The position numbers were made by a program, and so were the translations under genes. Under the pieces are notes generated by a model. That model had not been told where the DNA came from and did not search any database. It saw only the letters and a list, made by a program, of their open reading frames with translations. Shown here piece after piece: positions 45,621 through 54,757 of a DNA stretch of 64,000 nucleotides (position 1 is the stretch's first letter; the number at the start of each line of letters is the position of its first letter). The stretch spans positions 11,626 to 75,625 of the forward strand of contig JANQLU010000130.1 of the NCBI GenBank assembly GCA_028280445.1, given 5' to 3'. The stretch comes from Pirellulaceae bacterium (GTDB lineage Bacteria; Planctomycetota; Planctomycetia; Pirellulales; Pirellulaceae).

Positions 45621-47117
45621 CTAACCGGCTTTGAGATTTCTCGAATGTTTGGACCACTGGATCCAATCCTCAACTTCTTTCAGATCTGGTGGATTGCCAT
45701 CGCGAATGATAAATTTCGCTTCGCGCGTTTTTGTAAATTCATCGACCAGTGACAAAATCATTTGTGGCTCGGAATTGGCGACCTCTTCGGGCGATTCGAA
45801 TCCGCAAGCGACCATGATTTGCGCGTCGTGGCCGGCAATTCCGGGAATTTGACAAGCCATCTTGGATTGTGTTTGCCAGGTTTGAATAACTTTCGGTTCA
45901 ATGTGCCGGGTGTTCAATTGCTGGGCCACTTCGTCAGGGTTTGCACTGAGAAATTCTCCCACCGTTTTAATGCCAATGTCTTCGAATCTGGCGGCAGTTT
46001 TCGGGCCGATGGACGGCGCATCAACAATAGGATCCTGCAAGTCCAATCGGAACTGGGTCTTTTGGTTTTTGGTTTGCGTCTGCGATTTCTCACGAAGGGC
46101 TTTGCGGCGAGACTTTTGTTTTTTACGGGCGCCATCGTTAGACGGTGGTACATGTTTTGAGCCGACAGGAGAGATTGGTTTTTTGTCCAACTCGGTGATA
46201 TCGACAATCAGCACTTCGGTCGCGTGTTGTTGGCGAACGGTTTTTTCATCTTTGGGCAGCGCCTGGACCACTTTGCCGGTTTTTTTATACTCCGTCGCGA
46301 TTTTTTTAATGCGGCTGATGTTGGCAAATTGTGTAATCCCCTTGAAAGCCCAGGAAACCGGTGTCGTCAATTTGTAGAACCAGGCAAACGCCGTACTCGA
46401 TTTTTGAGCTGGGACCGCTCCCGACTCGGCAATCGCACGTTCCAGTATTTTTGCAAAACCGACACTGGCAACGCCGAGCAGTTTGGCGGTTACGGTTTTG
46501 AGATGATCATCGAGTCCAGCCGGCGGGTTGTTTTTGCCGACATCGAAATTGTAGTGGTCGATGAACTCCTGGTAGTGCGAATGGGCCAACTCCGCGCCTT
46601 GGTGAATTGTCGCTTGCATCCACCCTCCACCTGTCGGAATGTTGACAGCGGGATAACCGGTCGTTGATTCCAATTTTTTGATCAGTTGATCAAACGATTT
46701 GTTGATACTCCACTCACACGCGCGATGAATGACACCTTCTTCTTCGGTCTGTCCCGTATGCAGCGGCATCAATGGGTCCATATAGTAGTGACTCAGTACT
46801 CCGGCGGAGTAAACTGCCGCACGCCAATCTTGTTTTTTGAGATCTTCGACCGTCAGCTCGTACCACTTTTGAGCTTGTTTGACTGCGCCGCCCCAATAAT
46901 TCTCACTCACGTGAATGACATGGTTGCGAAAGTCTTTGAACTTGGTGTCGGGGTCCTTGGACCCTTCGAGAAACACTTCAAAGTAGCGGACGAATAAATT
47001 GAACCAATCTTCGTGATGGTCACATTTTAAATGCCGCAGGGAATTCATCACGAGTTTGTGATGTGTATTGCGACATTCATTGGCGACAATTTGATCGTAA
47101 AACGATGACTTGGACAC
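45621..47117 (-). CDS. Zinc-dependent phospholipase C / P1-nuclease-like N-terminal domain fused to tandem helix-hairpin-helix (DUF4332-like) C-terminal modules
   Basis: 'VLSHYYMDPLMPLHTGQ' resembles the H-x-x-D-x3-P-x-H zinc-site motif of Zn_dep_PLPC. C-terminal 'APSIGPKTAARFEDIGIKTVGEFLSANPDEV' and 'QIPGIAGHDAQIMVACGFESPEEV' are HhH-like. Confidence 0.4.
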   Translation of the reverse strand: MSKSSFYDQIVANECRNTHHKLVMNSLRHLKCDHHEDWFNLFVRYFEVFLEGSKDPDTKFKDFRNHVIHVSENYWGGAVKQAQKWYELTVEDLKKQDWRAAVYSAGVLSHYYMDPLMPLHTGQTEEEGVIHRACEWSINKSFDQLIKKLESTTGYPAVNIPTGGGWMQATIHQGAELAHSHYQEFIDHYNFDVGKNNPPAGLDDHLKTVTAKLLGVASVGFAKILERAIAESGAVPAQKSSTAFAWFYKLTTPVSWAFKGITQFANISRIKKIATEYKKTGKVVQALPKDEKTVRQQHATEVLIVDITELDKKPISPVGSKHVPPSNDGARKKQKSRRKALREKSQTQTKNQKTQFRLDLQDPIVDAPSIGPKTAARFEDIGIKTVGEFLSANPDEVAQQLNTRHIEPKVIQTWQTQSKMACQIPGIAGHDAQIMVACGFESPEEVANSEPQMILSLVDEFTKTREAKFIIRDGNPPDLKEVEDWIQWSKHSRNLKAG

Positions 47118-47390
47118 GCGGGACTACCAAAAGCGATGAATTCAGCCGGACAAAACAGCTGTTCGTTAGCAAATTTTTGCCCGTCGAGTCAACAGCGACC
47201 GGGTCGAATTGCCCGCAATCCCTACGTTGAGCGTTAAAAAATGTATTCGCGGTTTGACGACTGCTATCGGCCCTGTGAATCGAAAACTGGCGCGACGAAA
47301 ACCCTGTCGATCATGTTCATCCTGTCCAACGACACAAAAGAAGCACTTAGTTTCTTTTGCTTGCATCGTGGCCCGCTAACCGATATTCAA

Positions 47391-50135
47391 TCAGTTCCTT
47401 CGACGGCGTTGCAAAAAGCTGGTAGCGAGAATGACCAGAACAATGCCGGCCGAAGCTGGCTCTGGAATTCCGGTGACCTGAAAATTACTGAGGACAACAT
47501 CGTTGCCCACGTAGTTGACAGTGAATGTTCCAAAGCCATCGGTGGTTGCGATCGTATCGCCATCGGCGACACCATCAAACGTACCGGTCAAAGTTCCAGC
47601 GCTGAGAATCGTAAACGAATCCGAATTCAAGATGCTATTCTCAAAGCCATCGATCAACGTGATATTGAGATCGCCATCGAGCGACAAATCATCGAATGCG
47701 TTGACGAAGTCGTATTCAGTGCCTTGCAACGTACCTCCAAGTTCGATTTCCAACTGAGCCGTCGTCCCAAACTGGATGCTGCCGTCCAGGTTTAATTGTC
47801 CCGCACCAAATCCCGCTGAAATTTTCCCGTTGTTAATCAAACTGGTTTGTGTAAAGTCGTATTCACCCAGCCCCGACAATTCACCGCCGGTTTCATTGGT
47901 AAACGAGGAGCCGAGAAACTCGACAATTGAACCAGACTGGCGGCTGACGATCAATCCGTTGTTGGAGTGGTTGTTGCCAGCCTGACCGATTTCCGTATTG
48001 AGCCCTTCGGCAACAATATCAATTTTGCCGTTGTTGACTAACGCGGCAGACAATCGGCGAAACGTCGCTGACGAGATCGACGTCCCACCAAAATTGATCA
48101 AACTTTCGTTAGTGATCGTGCCATTGCTGAACAATTGGACGTCAAACGCCGAATCCGAGTCGATGTTGATCTGGCCGTTGTTGACAAATCCACTGGTGGC
48201 GACAACCGACGTGTTTGATCCGCCGTTTTCCAGAATGTTCAGAACTTGGAGATTTGCCAAATCTCCACTGTAGTTTCCAGCGCGAAGCATATTGAATGTG
48301 CCGGTACCGGTACTTCCTGCTCCGATGTTGAGTGTCGAGTTGTCCAGGGTAATGGCGTTGCCAGTAAAGTTCCCGCCGTTGAAATTCAACGTGTCGGACA
48401 AAAAGTTGAATGATCCAAGATTGTTAACCGTTCCAGCATCTTGGTTGAACGTTCCAGAAGTCGATTCGAAATCCAGAATTTTCGACGCTGCGATATTGAT
48501 TGTGTTGTTGTTGGTGTAGATACCGCTGGCTTTGGTGAGATGAGCGTCTTGGTTGACGTTGACTGTGCCATTGTTAACCAAATTAGCATTGATCCGGCGA
48601 TTGGTTGCAGTCGAAGTCGATGATCCACCAAAATTGATGATGTTGGCGTTGGTGATCGTGCCCGCACGAAACAATTGAACATCGAGCAATGTATCACTAT
48701 TCAGATTAATAACACCATTGTTAGTAAAATCGGCTGTGGCGGTGACCGAAGTGTTGGAAATGCCGTCCAGAATATTCAGAACTTGATTTGCGGCAAGATC
48801 GCCACTGTAATTACTGGATCGAAACATGTTGAATGTACCAGTACCGACACTTCCCACACCGATGTTGAGTGTCGAGTTGTCCAGGGTAATGGCGTTTCCG
48901 GTAAAATTGCCGCCGTTGAAATTCAACGTGTCGGATGAAAAATTGAATGAACCCAGATTGTTGACCGTGCCACCGTTTTGATTGAACGTTCCAAACGACG
49001 ATTCGAAATCCAGCACTTTCGAGGCGGCAATATTTACCGTGTTGTTGTTGGTGTAGGATCCGTTTGCGCGTGTCAGGTGCGCGTCTTGGTTGACGTTGAT
49101 CGTGCCGTTGTTGACCAGATCCGCATTGATCCGGCGTTTAGTGGCCGTTGAAGTCGATGTTCCGCCAAAATTGATGATGTTGGCGTTGGTGATCGTGCCC
49201 GAGCGAAACAGTTGGACATCGAGCAACGAATTGCTGTTGAGATTGATAATACCGTTGTTGGTAAAATCCGCTGTGGCATTGACCGACGTATTGGCAATGC
49301 CGTCCAGAATATTGATAACTTGATTGGCAGCCAGATCGCCGCTGTAATTTCCAACCCGGGTCATGTTGAACGTGCCAGTCCCTGTACTTCCAACGCCAAT
49401 ATTCAGAGTTGAATTGTCCAACGTAACGGCGTTTCCTGTAAAGTTCCCGCCGTTAAAGTTCAAAGTATCAGACGAAAAAACGAACGAACCTGAATTATTG
49501 ACCGTGCCGCCATCTTGATTGAACGTTCCAAAGGTCGCTTCAAAATCTAAAACGGCATTGATGTTGAAAATATTGTTGTTGGTATACGTGCCACTGGTTT
49601 TTGCCAGATGCCCGTCTTGATTGACGTTGACCGTTCCGTTGTTGATGAGGTTGGCCCCGAGCCGTCGGTTGGTCGACCCCAATGTCGACGATCCAGCAAA
49701 ATTGATGGTGCCACCATTAATGAGTGTGCCCGATGCAACGCCTAAACCAGAATCTAGACCGGAGTTGCTGTTGATGCTAATCGAACCGAAATTCGTAAAA
49801 CCGTTGTTGACGGTCAGGAAAGCGTTTGAAAGATCGGGTGCGATTACCAGATGTGCATTGGCATTGTTGATCGACAGTTCGTTAATCGCGACCGATGCCA
49901 GATCAAACCCGACCGAATAACTGGTGGTTCCACCCAGAACGGCAGATTCGGCGGGAGAGTTTGGGAAATCGTTTCCGGTCCAGTTGCTATCGACGTCCCA
50001 TGCTCCACTGGTGGTCAAAGCCCAAGTTCGGATTTGACCTTCGCTGGCCGTCGGCAGCAACGCCGCGACAGTGAAAACAACCAAGCAATAATGGTAAATG
50101 GAACGGACAGCAATCCTGATGCAAGTCGTGTGCAT
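47391..50135 (-). CDS. PEP-CTERM-anchored surface protein with ~137-aa near-identical internal repeats (beta-helix/autotransporter-like N/G/T-rich)
   Basis: C-terminal '...GIPEPASAGIVLVILATSFLQRRRRN' is a PEP-CTERM sorting signal. The signal peptide is at 'MHTTCIRIAVRSIYHYCLVVFTVAALLPTASEG' (start taken at 50135). Repeats 'NFNGGNFTGNAITLDNSTLNIGVGS.GTGTFNM' occur about 3.5 times. Confidence 0.75.
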   Translation of the reverse strand: MHTTCIRIAVRSIYHYCLVVFTVAALLPTASEGQIRTWALTTSGAWDVDSNWTGNDFPNSPAESAVLGGTTSYSVGFDLASVAINELSINNANAHLVIAPDLSNAFLTVNNGFTNFGSISINSNSGLDSGLGVASGTLINGGTINFAGSSTLGSTNRRLGANLINNGTVNVNQDGHLAKTSGTYTNNNIFNINAVLDFEATFGTFNQDGGTVNNSGSFVFSSDTLNFNGGNFTGNAVTLDNSTLNIGVGSTGTGTFNMTRVGNYSGDLAANQVINILDGIANTSVNATADFTNNGIINLNSNSLLDVQLFRSGTITNANIINFGGTSTSTATKRRINADLVNNGTINVNQDAHLTRANGSYTNNNTVNIAASKVLDFESSFGTFNQNGGTVNNLGSFNFSSDTLNFNGGNFTGNAITLDNSTLNIGVGSVGTGTFNMFRSSNYSGDLAANQVLNILDGISNTSVTATADFTNNGVINLNSDTLLDVQLFRAGTITNANIINFGGSSTSTATNRRINANLVNNGTVNVNQDAHLTKASGIYTNNNTINIAASKILDFESTSGTFNQDAGTVNNLGSFNFLSDTLNFNGGNFTGNAITLDNSTLNIGAGSTGTGTFNMLRAGNYSGDLANLQVLNILENGGSNTSVVATSGFVNNGQINIDSDSAFDVQLFSNGTITNESLINFGGTSISSATFRRLSAALVNNGKIDIVAEGLNTEIGQAGNNHSNNGLIVSRQSGSIVEFLGSSFTNETGGELSGLGEYDFTQTSLINNGKISAGFGAGQLNLDGSIQFGTTAQLEIELGGTLQGTEYDFVNAFDDLSLDGDLNITLIDGFENSILNSDSFTILSAGTLTGTFDGVADGDTIATTDGFGTFTVNYVGNDVVLSNFQVTGIPEPASAGIVLVILATSFLQRRRRN
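47950..49650. repeat. In-frame ~411-bp tandem DNA repeat (~3.5 copies, high identity) within the PEP-CTERM gene
   Basis: Long stretches (e.g. 'gttgaatgtaccagtaccgacacttcc...gttgagtgtcgagttgtccagggtaatggcgtt') recur at ~410-bp spacing. Confidence 0.55.
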
Positions 50136-50335
50136 TGTTGGGCCTTTAGTGCGCAAAATTTGGGGGACGCAAAAAGGGAAACGCGCGTGCGCAATTTCCT
50201 TCGAATGGCTTACGAGTGCCCACAGGATTCCTGACGCCAAAATCTAGAAATTTTGGTCAGCGACAACGACTACAACGTGGCGTTCGAGCGGTATTTCACA
50301 GGTTTTTATCGAAAAACTCTCGAGTGGTAAAAATT

Positions 50336-50417
50336 CTCTGCGCCTCTGCGGCTCTGCGTGAGATCTTGGGTTAGGCGAATTTGCTCACGCAGAGACGCGG
50401 AGACGCAGAGGAGGATC
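50336..50417. repeat. Family-2 module A hairpin (30-bp stem, 18-nt loop)
   Basis: CTCTGCGCCTCTGCGGCTCTGCGTGAGATC-ttgggttaggcgaatttg-CTCACGCAGAGACGCGGAGACGCAGAGGAGG. Confidence 0.6.
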
Positions 50418-50508
50418 CTGTAGAAATTTGAAAGAAGCGAAGGCCTCCGTTTTGGAGCCAGGCGCAGAATAAGGTGTCAGGTGCAGAATAACTTTTTCAA
50501 ATCGTGAA

Positions 50509-51522
50509 TCAGTGTCCCAGGCATTCGCAGGTGGGTGGGCCGGACTGGCAACCGCAGTCACCGGTTAAAAACGACGTCATGCGGCGAGCCACTTTTTGGC
50601 AAGCGAAATATTCATGGATGCCATGTTTGTCGCCAACCTCATGAACAACATCCCACTCACAAACTTTGTTGCAGCGGTCAACCAATTCCAATTTTTCGAT
50701 ACCGGTGTATCCCCAGCGGCGGTACAGCGTACAACCCGCTTGATATCCTCGGATCGCATAATCTTTGCTGCTTTGAACGATCAGTGCCGAATCCACTTGG
50801 GCGTAGACGCGTCGAAGTTGCGCTCGGCATTTTCCCCACCGGCAGGCGACGACCGGCGCTAAAAATCCGACCCGATATTTTTGACACATTCCAAATTCGT
50901 AACGGATGATTTCCAAAGCGGAGACGATTGATTGCGCGCCCAAACTGTACCCAAACAGGCTAATCCGCTCACCGTTTCCGGCGTGTTTCAAAAACCAGCC
51001 GAGCGCAAACCCTTCGTCGTTGGCACGGCGGAGTGTTGGCAAGTAATTTTTGACCGGTCGATTGCAATCTTCGCTCGGCCAAGCCCAGATAATAAACCGG
51101 AGGGGCTGGCATTGAGTGCCGCTGGTCATATTGCAATAGGTTTGCAATCCGCGATACTCGGCCCACTCGAGATTCTGTCGATTTCCGTGAACGTAAATGA
51201 TTGCCTGTTTTTGGTCGTTTTGATGGGCCAGCAGCAGCGAATTAATATCGCTCGATTCCCATTGGTTACCGACGCGTCGTTTGATGGTCAAATTCTTGGG
51301 CTGAAAATGCGTGGGGCAAACCTGCCGTGTTGATAACAACCAAACGTCATCATGTGCGCGTGGAACAAAATGGGGCTGCTCGGGAATCTCCGGCTTTTCT
51401 TCACCAAGTTTTTTGCCGGCAAAACAACGACGTTTCTTCTGAGCCTCGGTAGCGTTCGTTCCGATCGTGCCGAAAACGACGATCAAGACAATGATTTGAG
51501 TTATTCGTGAAAATTGGTGCAT
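50509..51522 (-). CDS. Secreted alpha/beta-hydrolase-fold protein (lipase/esterase-like, GxSxG) with a Cys-rich C-terminal tail
   Basis: Signal peptide 'ITQIIVLIVVFGTIGTNATEA'. 'IIYVHGN' is oxyanion-hole-like and 'LFGYSLGAQ' is the nucleophile elbow. The C-terminus is 'GDCGCQSGPPTCECLGH'. The start is taken at an internal Met (51522). Confidence 0.4.
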   Translation of the reverse strand: MHQFSRITQIIVLIVVFGTIGTNATEAQKKRRCFAGKKLGEEKPEIPEQPHFVPRAHDDVWLLSTRQVCPTHFQPKNLTIKRRVGNQWESSDINSLLLAHQNDQKQAIIYVHGNRQNLEWAEYRGLQTYCNMTSGTQCQPLRFIIWAWPSEDCNRPVKNYLPTLRRANDEGFALGWFLKHAGNGERISLFGYSLGAQSIVSALEIIRYEFGMCQKYRVGFLAPVVACRWGKCRAQLRRVYAQVDSALIVQSSKDYAIRGYQAGCTLYRRWGYTGIEKLELVDRCNKVCEWDVVHEVGDKHGIHEYFACQKVARRMTSFLTGDCGCQSGPPTCECLGH

Positions 51523-51797
51523 TCGGTTGTGATCCAGATGCTTGCTGATAGACGTGTCCAAGTATGTATCGACTGTTTTGAACCGCGAAAAAACTCAACA
51601 CTGGTCAACGCCGCCGTGGGAATACATCCGGAGTCCGTAAATCCCGAAAAACTGTTTCGACTGTTTTCGAAATGCCACGCGAGTTGAAAAAAATCAACAT
51701 CGCGACTTGCTCGTCGTTAACGGCAATGTAATTTTTCTTGCCCGACCCAGATCGGCCTTCCCCTTGGATGACATCGCACGCACTGGAGGTATTTGTG

Positions 51798-52079
51798 ATG
51801 AAGCGATTAATGATGATTCTTGTCGGCCTTGTATTGATCCCGGCGCTGTCTGGATGTGCCAACGGACCAATACGAACGTGGCTTCGCGGTGGTGAGTGCG
51901 ATACTTGTAATCCGCCGACGGCACACCCGACATTCCCCAACCCTTGTGCTGGCGGCACATGTGCTCCGGCAGGCCCGATGAACGCAGGTGCACCAGGAAA
52001 CCAAATCGATCCTTATGCGATCGTTCCACCTGCCAATCAACTCAATCCAGGCCCCGCAACTGGTTCAGGATCAAGATAG
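51798..52079 (+). CDS. Small lipoprotein (lipobox LSGC), Pro/Gly/Ala-rich
   Basis: 'MKRLMMILVGLVLIPALSGC' with GGAGG 8 nt upstream of the ATG. The track ORF starts earlier (51738) without a signal. Confidence 0.4.
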   Translation: MKRLMMILVGLVLIPALSGCANGPIRTWLRGGECDTCNPPTAHPTFPNPCAGGTCAPAGPMNAGAPGNQIDPYAIVPPANQLNPGPATGSGSR

Positions 52080-52264
52080 CGAACCACTGCTTGTTCACAT
52101 CTCTCCCAAAGCCATGGTCCTCGGATGTGAATTGAGCACCGAACCACCCTAGCCGGTTGCACCAACGCGAGACGACGGGTCCTGTCTCGCGTTTTTTTAT
52201 GCGCGCAGCAGTCTGTCGAGCGACATCCTCCTGGAATCGCATTCAGGATCGAGTCGCCAGCCCA

Positions 52265-52410
52265 TTTGTGATCGGCAAGGCGCTAACCGCCGGTTCGTAG
52301 CGATTCGTACCGGCGGCTAGCGCCTTTGCCGCTCACAAAATCACTTGCCGCTCACAAAATCACTTGCCACTCACAAAATCACTTGCCACTCACAAAATCA
52401 CCGGGCTGGT
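52265..52410. repeat. Family-2 module C palindrome followed by a 19-bp tandem repeat (CTTGCC(G/A)CTCACAAAATCA x4, 52324-52400)
   Basis: GATCGGCAAGGCGCTAACCGCCGG...CCGGCGGCTAGCGCCTTTGCCGCTCAC, then 4 contiguous 19-bp units. Confidence 0.6.
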
Positions 52411-52539
52411 GGACGTGAAAGGTCTCGCACTGGATGTTGATTTTTTGCAACATTGAAATAAATCGCGGTACTTTTGCCCAAACGCTTTTAGCCGCAAGGT
52501 AAAATTGAACCTGTAAAACCTTGTGATCCACGCCTTGCG

Positions 52540-53526
52540 TTGGCAATGACCATGTTCAATTCAAAAACGTATTTCCTTCTCCTTGCCGTCTTGTTTTCCA
52601 ACACGCCGCTGTTGGCACAAAACGTCAATGTCGCCGACGAAAATTCTCGGTTTGGTAAACCCGTAACTCAACAATGGAAAGTCGGCGCCTACATCAAAGC
52701 TTCAGCGGCATCCGTTCGTACCGCCTACATTACGATTCCCGTGCCGATGGATTGGCCCGAACAATCGGCCAAAATTGTCGAAGAAAAAATGCCCGACAAC
52801 GTGACCGGCGTCAAATATCGAACGCTGCAAAACGGAGTGCGGCAAATGTTGGCGCAGATCAATAATCTCAAACCGGGACAAGTGATCGAGTTGAGTGTGA
52901 CTTTCGAAGTAGCCGTCAAATCGATCAACGCTCCCAAATCGACCGATCAGTGGCAGATCCCCAAAAAGGTCTCGCGGGATATGAAAAGTTTTTTGGGCAA
53001 AAGTCCGCAAATCAACGCATTGTCGATGAAGTTAAAAAAGCAGGCCAGGGAGATTGTCGCCGACGTCGACGGAGATTGGAAAAAAGTCGAAGCGATTTAC
53101 GATTGGGTTCGCGACAATATCAAGCAAACACACGAAAAGCCCGAAGGAGCTGTGGCATGTCTCCGCCACAAAGAGGGGCCGCATGAAGACATCGTTTCAC
53201 TGTTTATCGCGCTATGTCGTGCCAACAAAATTCCGGCACGAACGGTTTGGGTCGAAGGCAATGTCTATGCAGAGTTTTATCTGCAAGACAAAAACAAATT
53301 AGAGATCAAAGATAAAAAAGTTGAAAAGGGAACCTGGTTTCCTGCTCAACTGGTCGGAAATCGCGATTTTGGCAGTATGTCAGATCCGCGAATTATTCAA
53401 CAAAAAGGGGACAATTTCAGAGTTCCCGAAGAAGAAAAACGTCAAAATTACGTGTACGAACACGTGACGGCAAAATCGAAAATCCGTCCAACGGTAAAAT
53501 TTATTCGTAAGCTGATTCAAAAGTAA
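52540..53526 (+). CDS. Secreted transglutaminase-like domain protein, probably catalytically inactive (nucleophile Cys replaced)
   Basis: Signal peptide. 'YDWVRDNIK...GPHEDIVSLFIALCRANKIPARTVWV' aligns to the transglutaminase core G-x-C-x-x-F/A...R-x-x-G-I-P-A-R, but His stands at the Cys position and there is no H-x-W/Y-x-E downstream. Confidence 0.6.
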   Translation: MAMTMFNSKTYFLLLAVLFSNTPLLAQNVNVADENSRFGKPVTQQWKVGAYIKASAASVRTAYITIPVPMDWPEQSAKIVEEKMPDNVTGVKYRTLQNGVRQMLAQINNLKPGQVIELSVTFEVAVKSINAPKSTDQWQIPKKVSRDMKSFLGKSPQINALSMKLKKQAREIVADVDGDWKKVEAIYDWVRDNIKQTHEKPEGAVACLRHKEGPHEDIVSLFIALCRANKIPARTVWVEGNVYAEFYLQDKNKLEIKDKKVEKGTWFPAQLVGNRDFGSMSDPRIIQQKGDNFRVPEEEKRQNYVYEHVTAKSKIRPTVKFIRKLIQK

Positions 53527-53675
53527 TGACTGCCGGATAGTTGCAGTAAATCGTTCCATGATCGTACCAGCGGGTGTTCGGTTTCAGGCGACGATTGATG
53601 CTGACCAAATGAGCAACCAAATTGAATCGCGAATTAACCAAATAACTATTCCAACCGACAACACAACATTTAATC

Positions 53676-54668
53676 ATGTTTACCATTCAAAAATTTCGGC
53701 TGGCCATTTGTTTTTTAATGATTGTGTGCGTTGTTGAATGCGTCGCGCAAAAGAAATCCAAAAATCCCCCATCCATTCTCAAGTTTCAAAACCCAAAAAC
53801 GGAAACCTGGCAATTCGGTTTGGAGATAACCGCTTCGGCGCCGGTGCGAGGGATCACCGCTTCAGTACCGATTCCTATCGATTGGCCGGAGCAAAAGCTC
53901 AAAAAATTGCCGGTCACGAAATCCAAAAGCGTCAGCCGCGTCAGCTTTAAAAATCCGGGCAAAGGTGTTCGGCAAATGGTGATTCGCATCAATCGGCTCG
54001 CGGCCGGCGAAACAGCCCGAGTCATTTTCAATGTCAAGATTGAAAAACAATTGATCGCTGCACCTGAGAAAACCGACAAACTTCGATTTGCCACAGAAAT
54101 CCCATCGACCGTTCGCAAATACCTGACCCCCAGTCCCTACATCGAATCGCGCCACGCCAAGATCAAAAAAATTGCCGCTGAAATGAAATTCGACGAAGGA
54201 GCCACGCCGTGGCAACAAGTCGAAACGATTTTCAAATGGGTGCGTGAAAACGTCGAATACAAATTTGACACGCAAATTCACAGTTGTTTGGATGCTCTCA
54301 AATCCGGCCACGGCGATTGTGAAGAATTGTCGTCATTGTTCATTGCGATCTGTCGTGCACGCGGTATTCCAGCTCGCGCGGTCTGGATTCCCGAGCATAC
54401 CTATCCGGAATTTTATCTGGTCGACCAGGACGGTAACGGACACTGGATCCCCTGCCAGGCAGCAGGCACTTACGAATTTGGCGCGATGACCGAATACCGT
54501 CCGATTCTGCAAAAGGGCGACAATTTTCGAATCGCCGGACACAAAAAAGCGTTGCGCTATGTGCAACCGACACTGGTGGCACGCGATGCCGAAGGTCCGC
54601 CGTCAATGAAGTGGATTATGAACCGCGTCAAATCCGACAACAAATCGTCGCAGGCAACTGACAAATAG
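53676..54668 (+). CDS. Secreted transglutaminase-like domain protein (paralog retaining Cys and His)
   Basis: 'FKWVRENVEY...GHGDCEELSSLFIAICRARGIPARAVWIPEHTYPEFYL' has the Cys in GDCEE and the His in EHTYPE. It has the same length and architecture as the upstream paralog. Confidence 0.7.
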   Translation: MFTIQKFRLAICFLMIVCVVECVAQKKSKNPPSILKFQNPKTETWQFGLEITASAPVRGITASVPIPIDWPEQKLKKLPVTKSKSVSRVSFKNPGKGVRQMVIRINRLAAGETARVIFNVKIEKQLIAAPEKTDKLRFATEIPSTVRKYLTPSPYIESRHAKIKKIAAEMKFDEGATPWQQVETIFKWVRENVEYKFDTQIHSCLDALKSGHGDCEELSSLFIAICRARGIPARAVWIPEHTYPEFYLVDQDGNGHWIPCQAAGTYEFGAMTEYRPILQKGDNFRIAGHKKALRYVQPTLVARDAEGPPSMKWIMNRVKSDNKSSQATDK

Positions 54669-54757
54669 AATTCAGTTCTGAATGATCGCAATTCGAAACA
54701 GACCACGCTATAATGTGCGGGTTGTTTTCGTACCCGCTCGTTCCTGCCACCGCTTGC

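Noticed and set aside
52324-52400. Possible CRISPR array (4 direct repeats of 19 bp)
   Set aside because: Units are contiguous with no spacers. At 19 bp they are far shorter than CRISPR repeats, and they derive from the adjacent family-2 palindrome arm. This is a simple tandem repeat.
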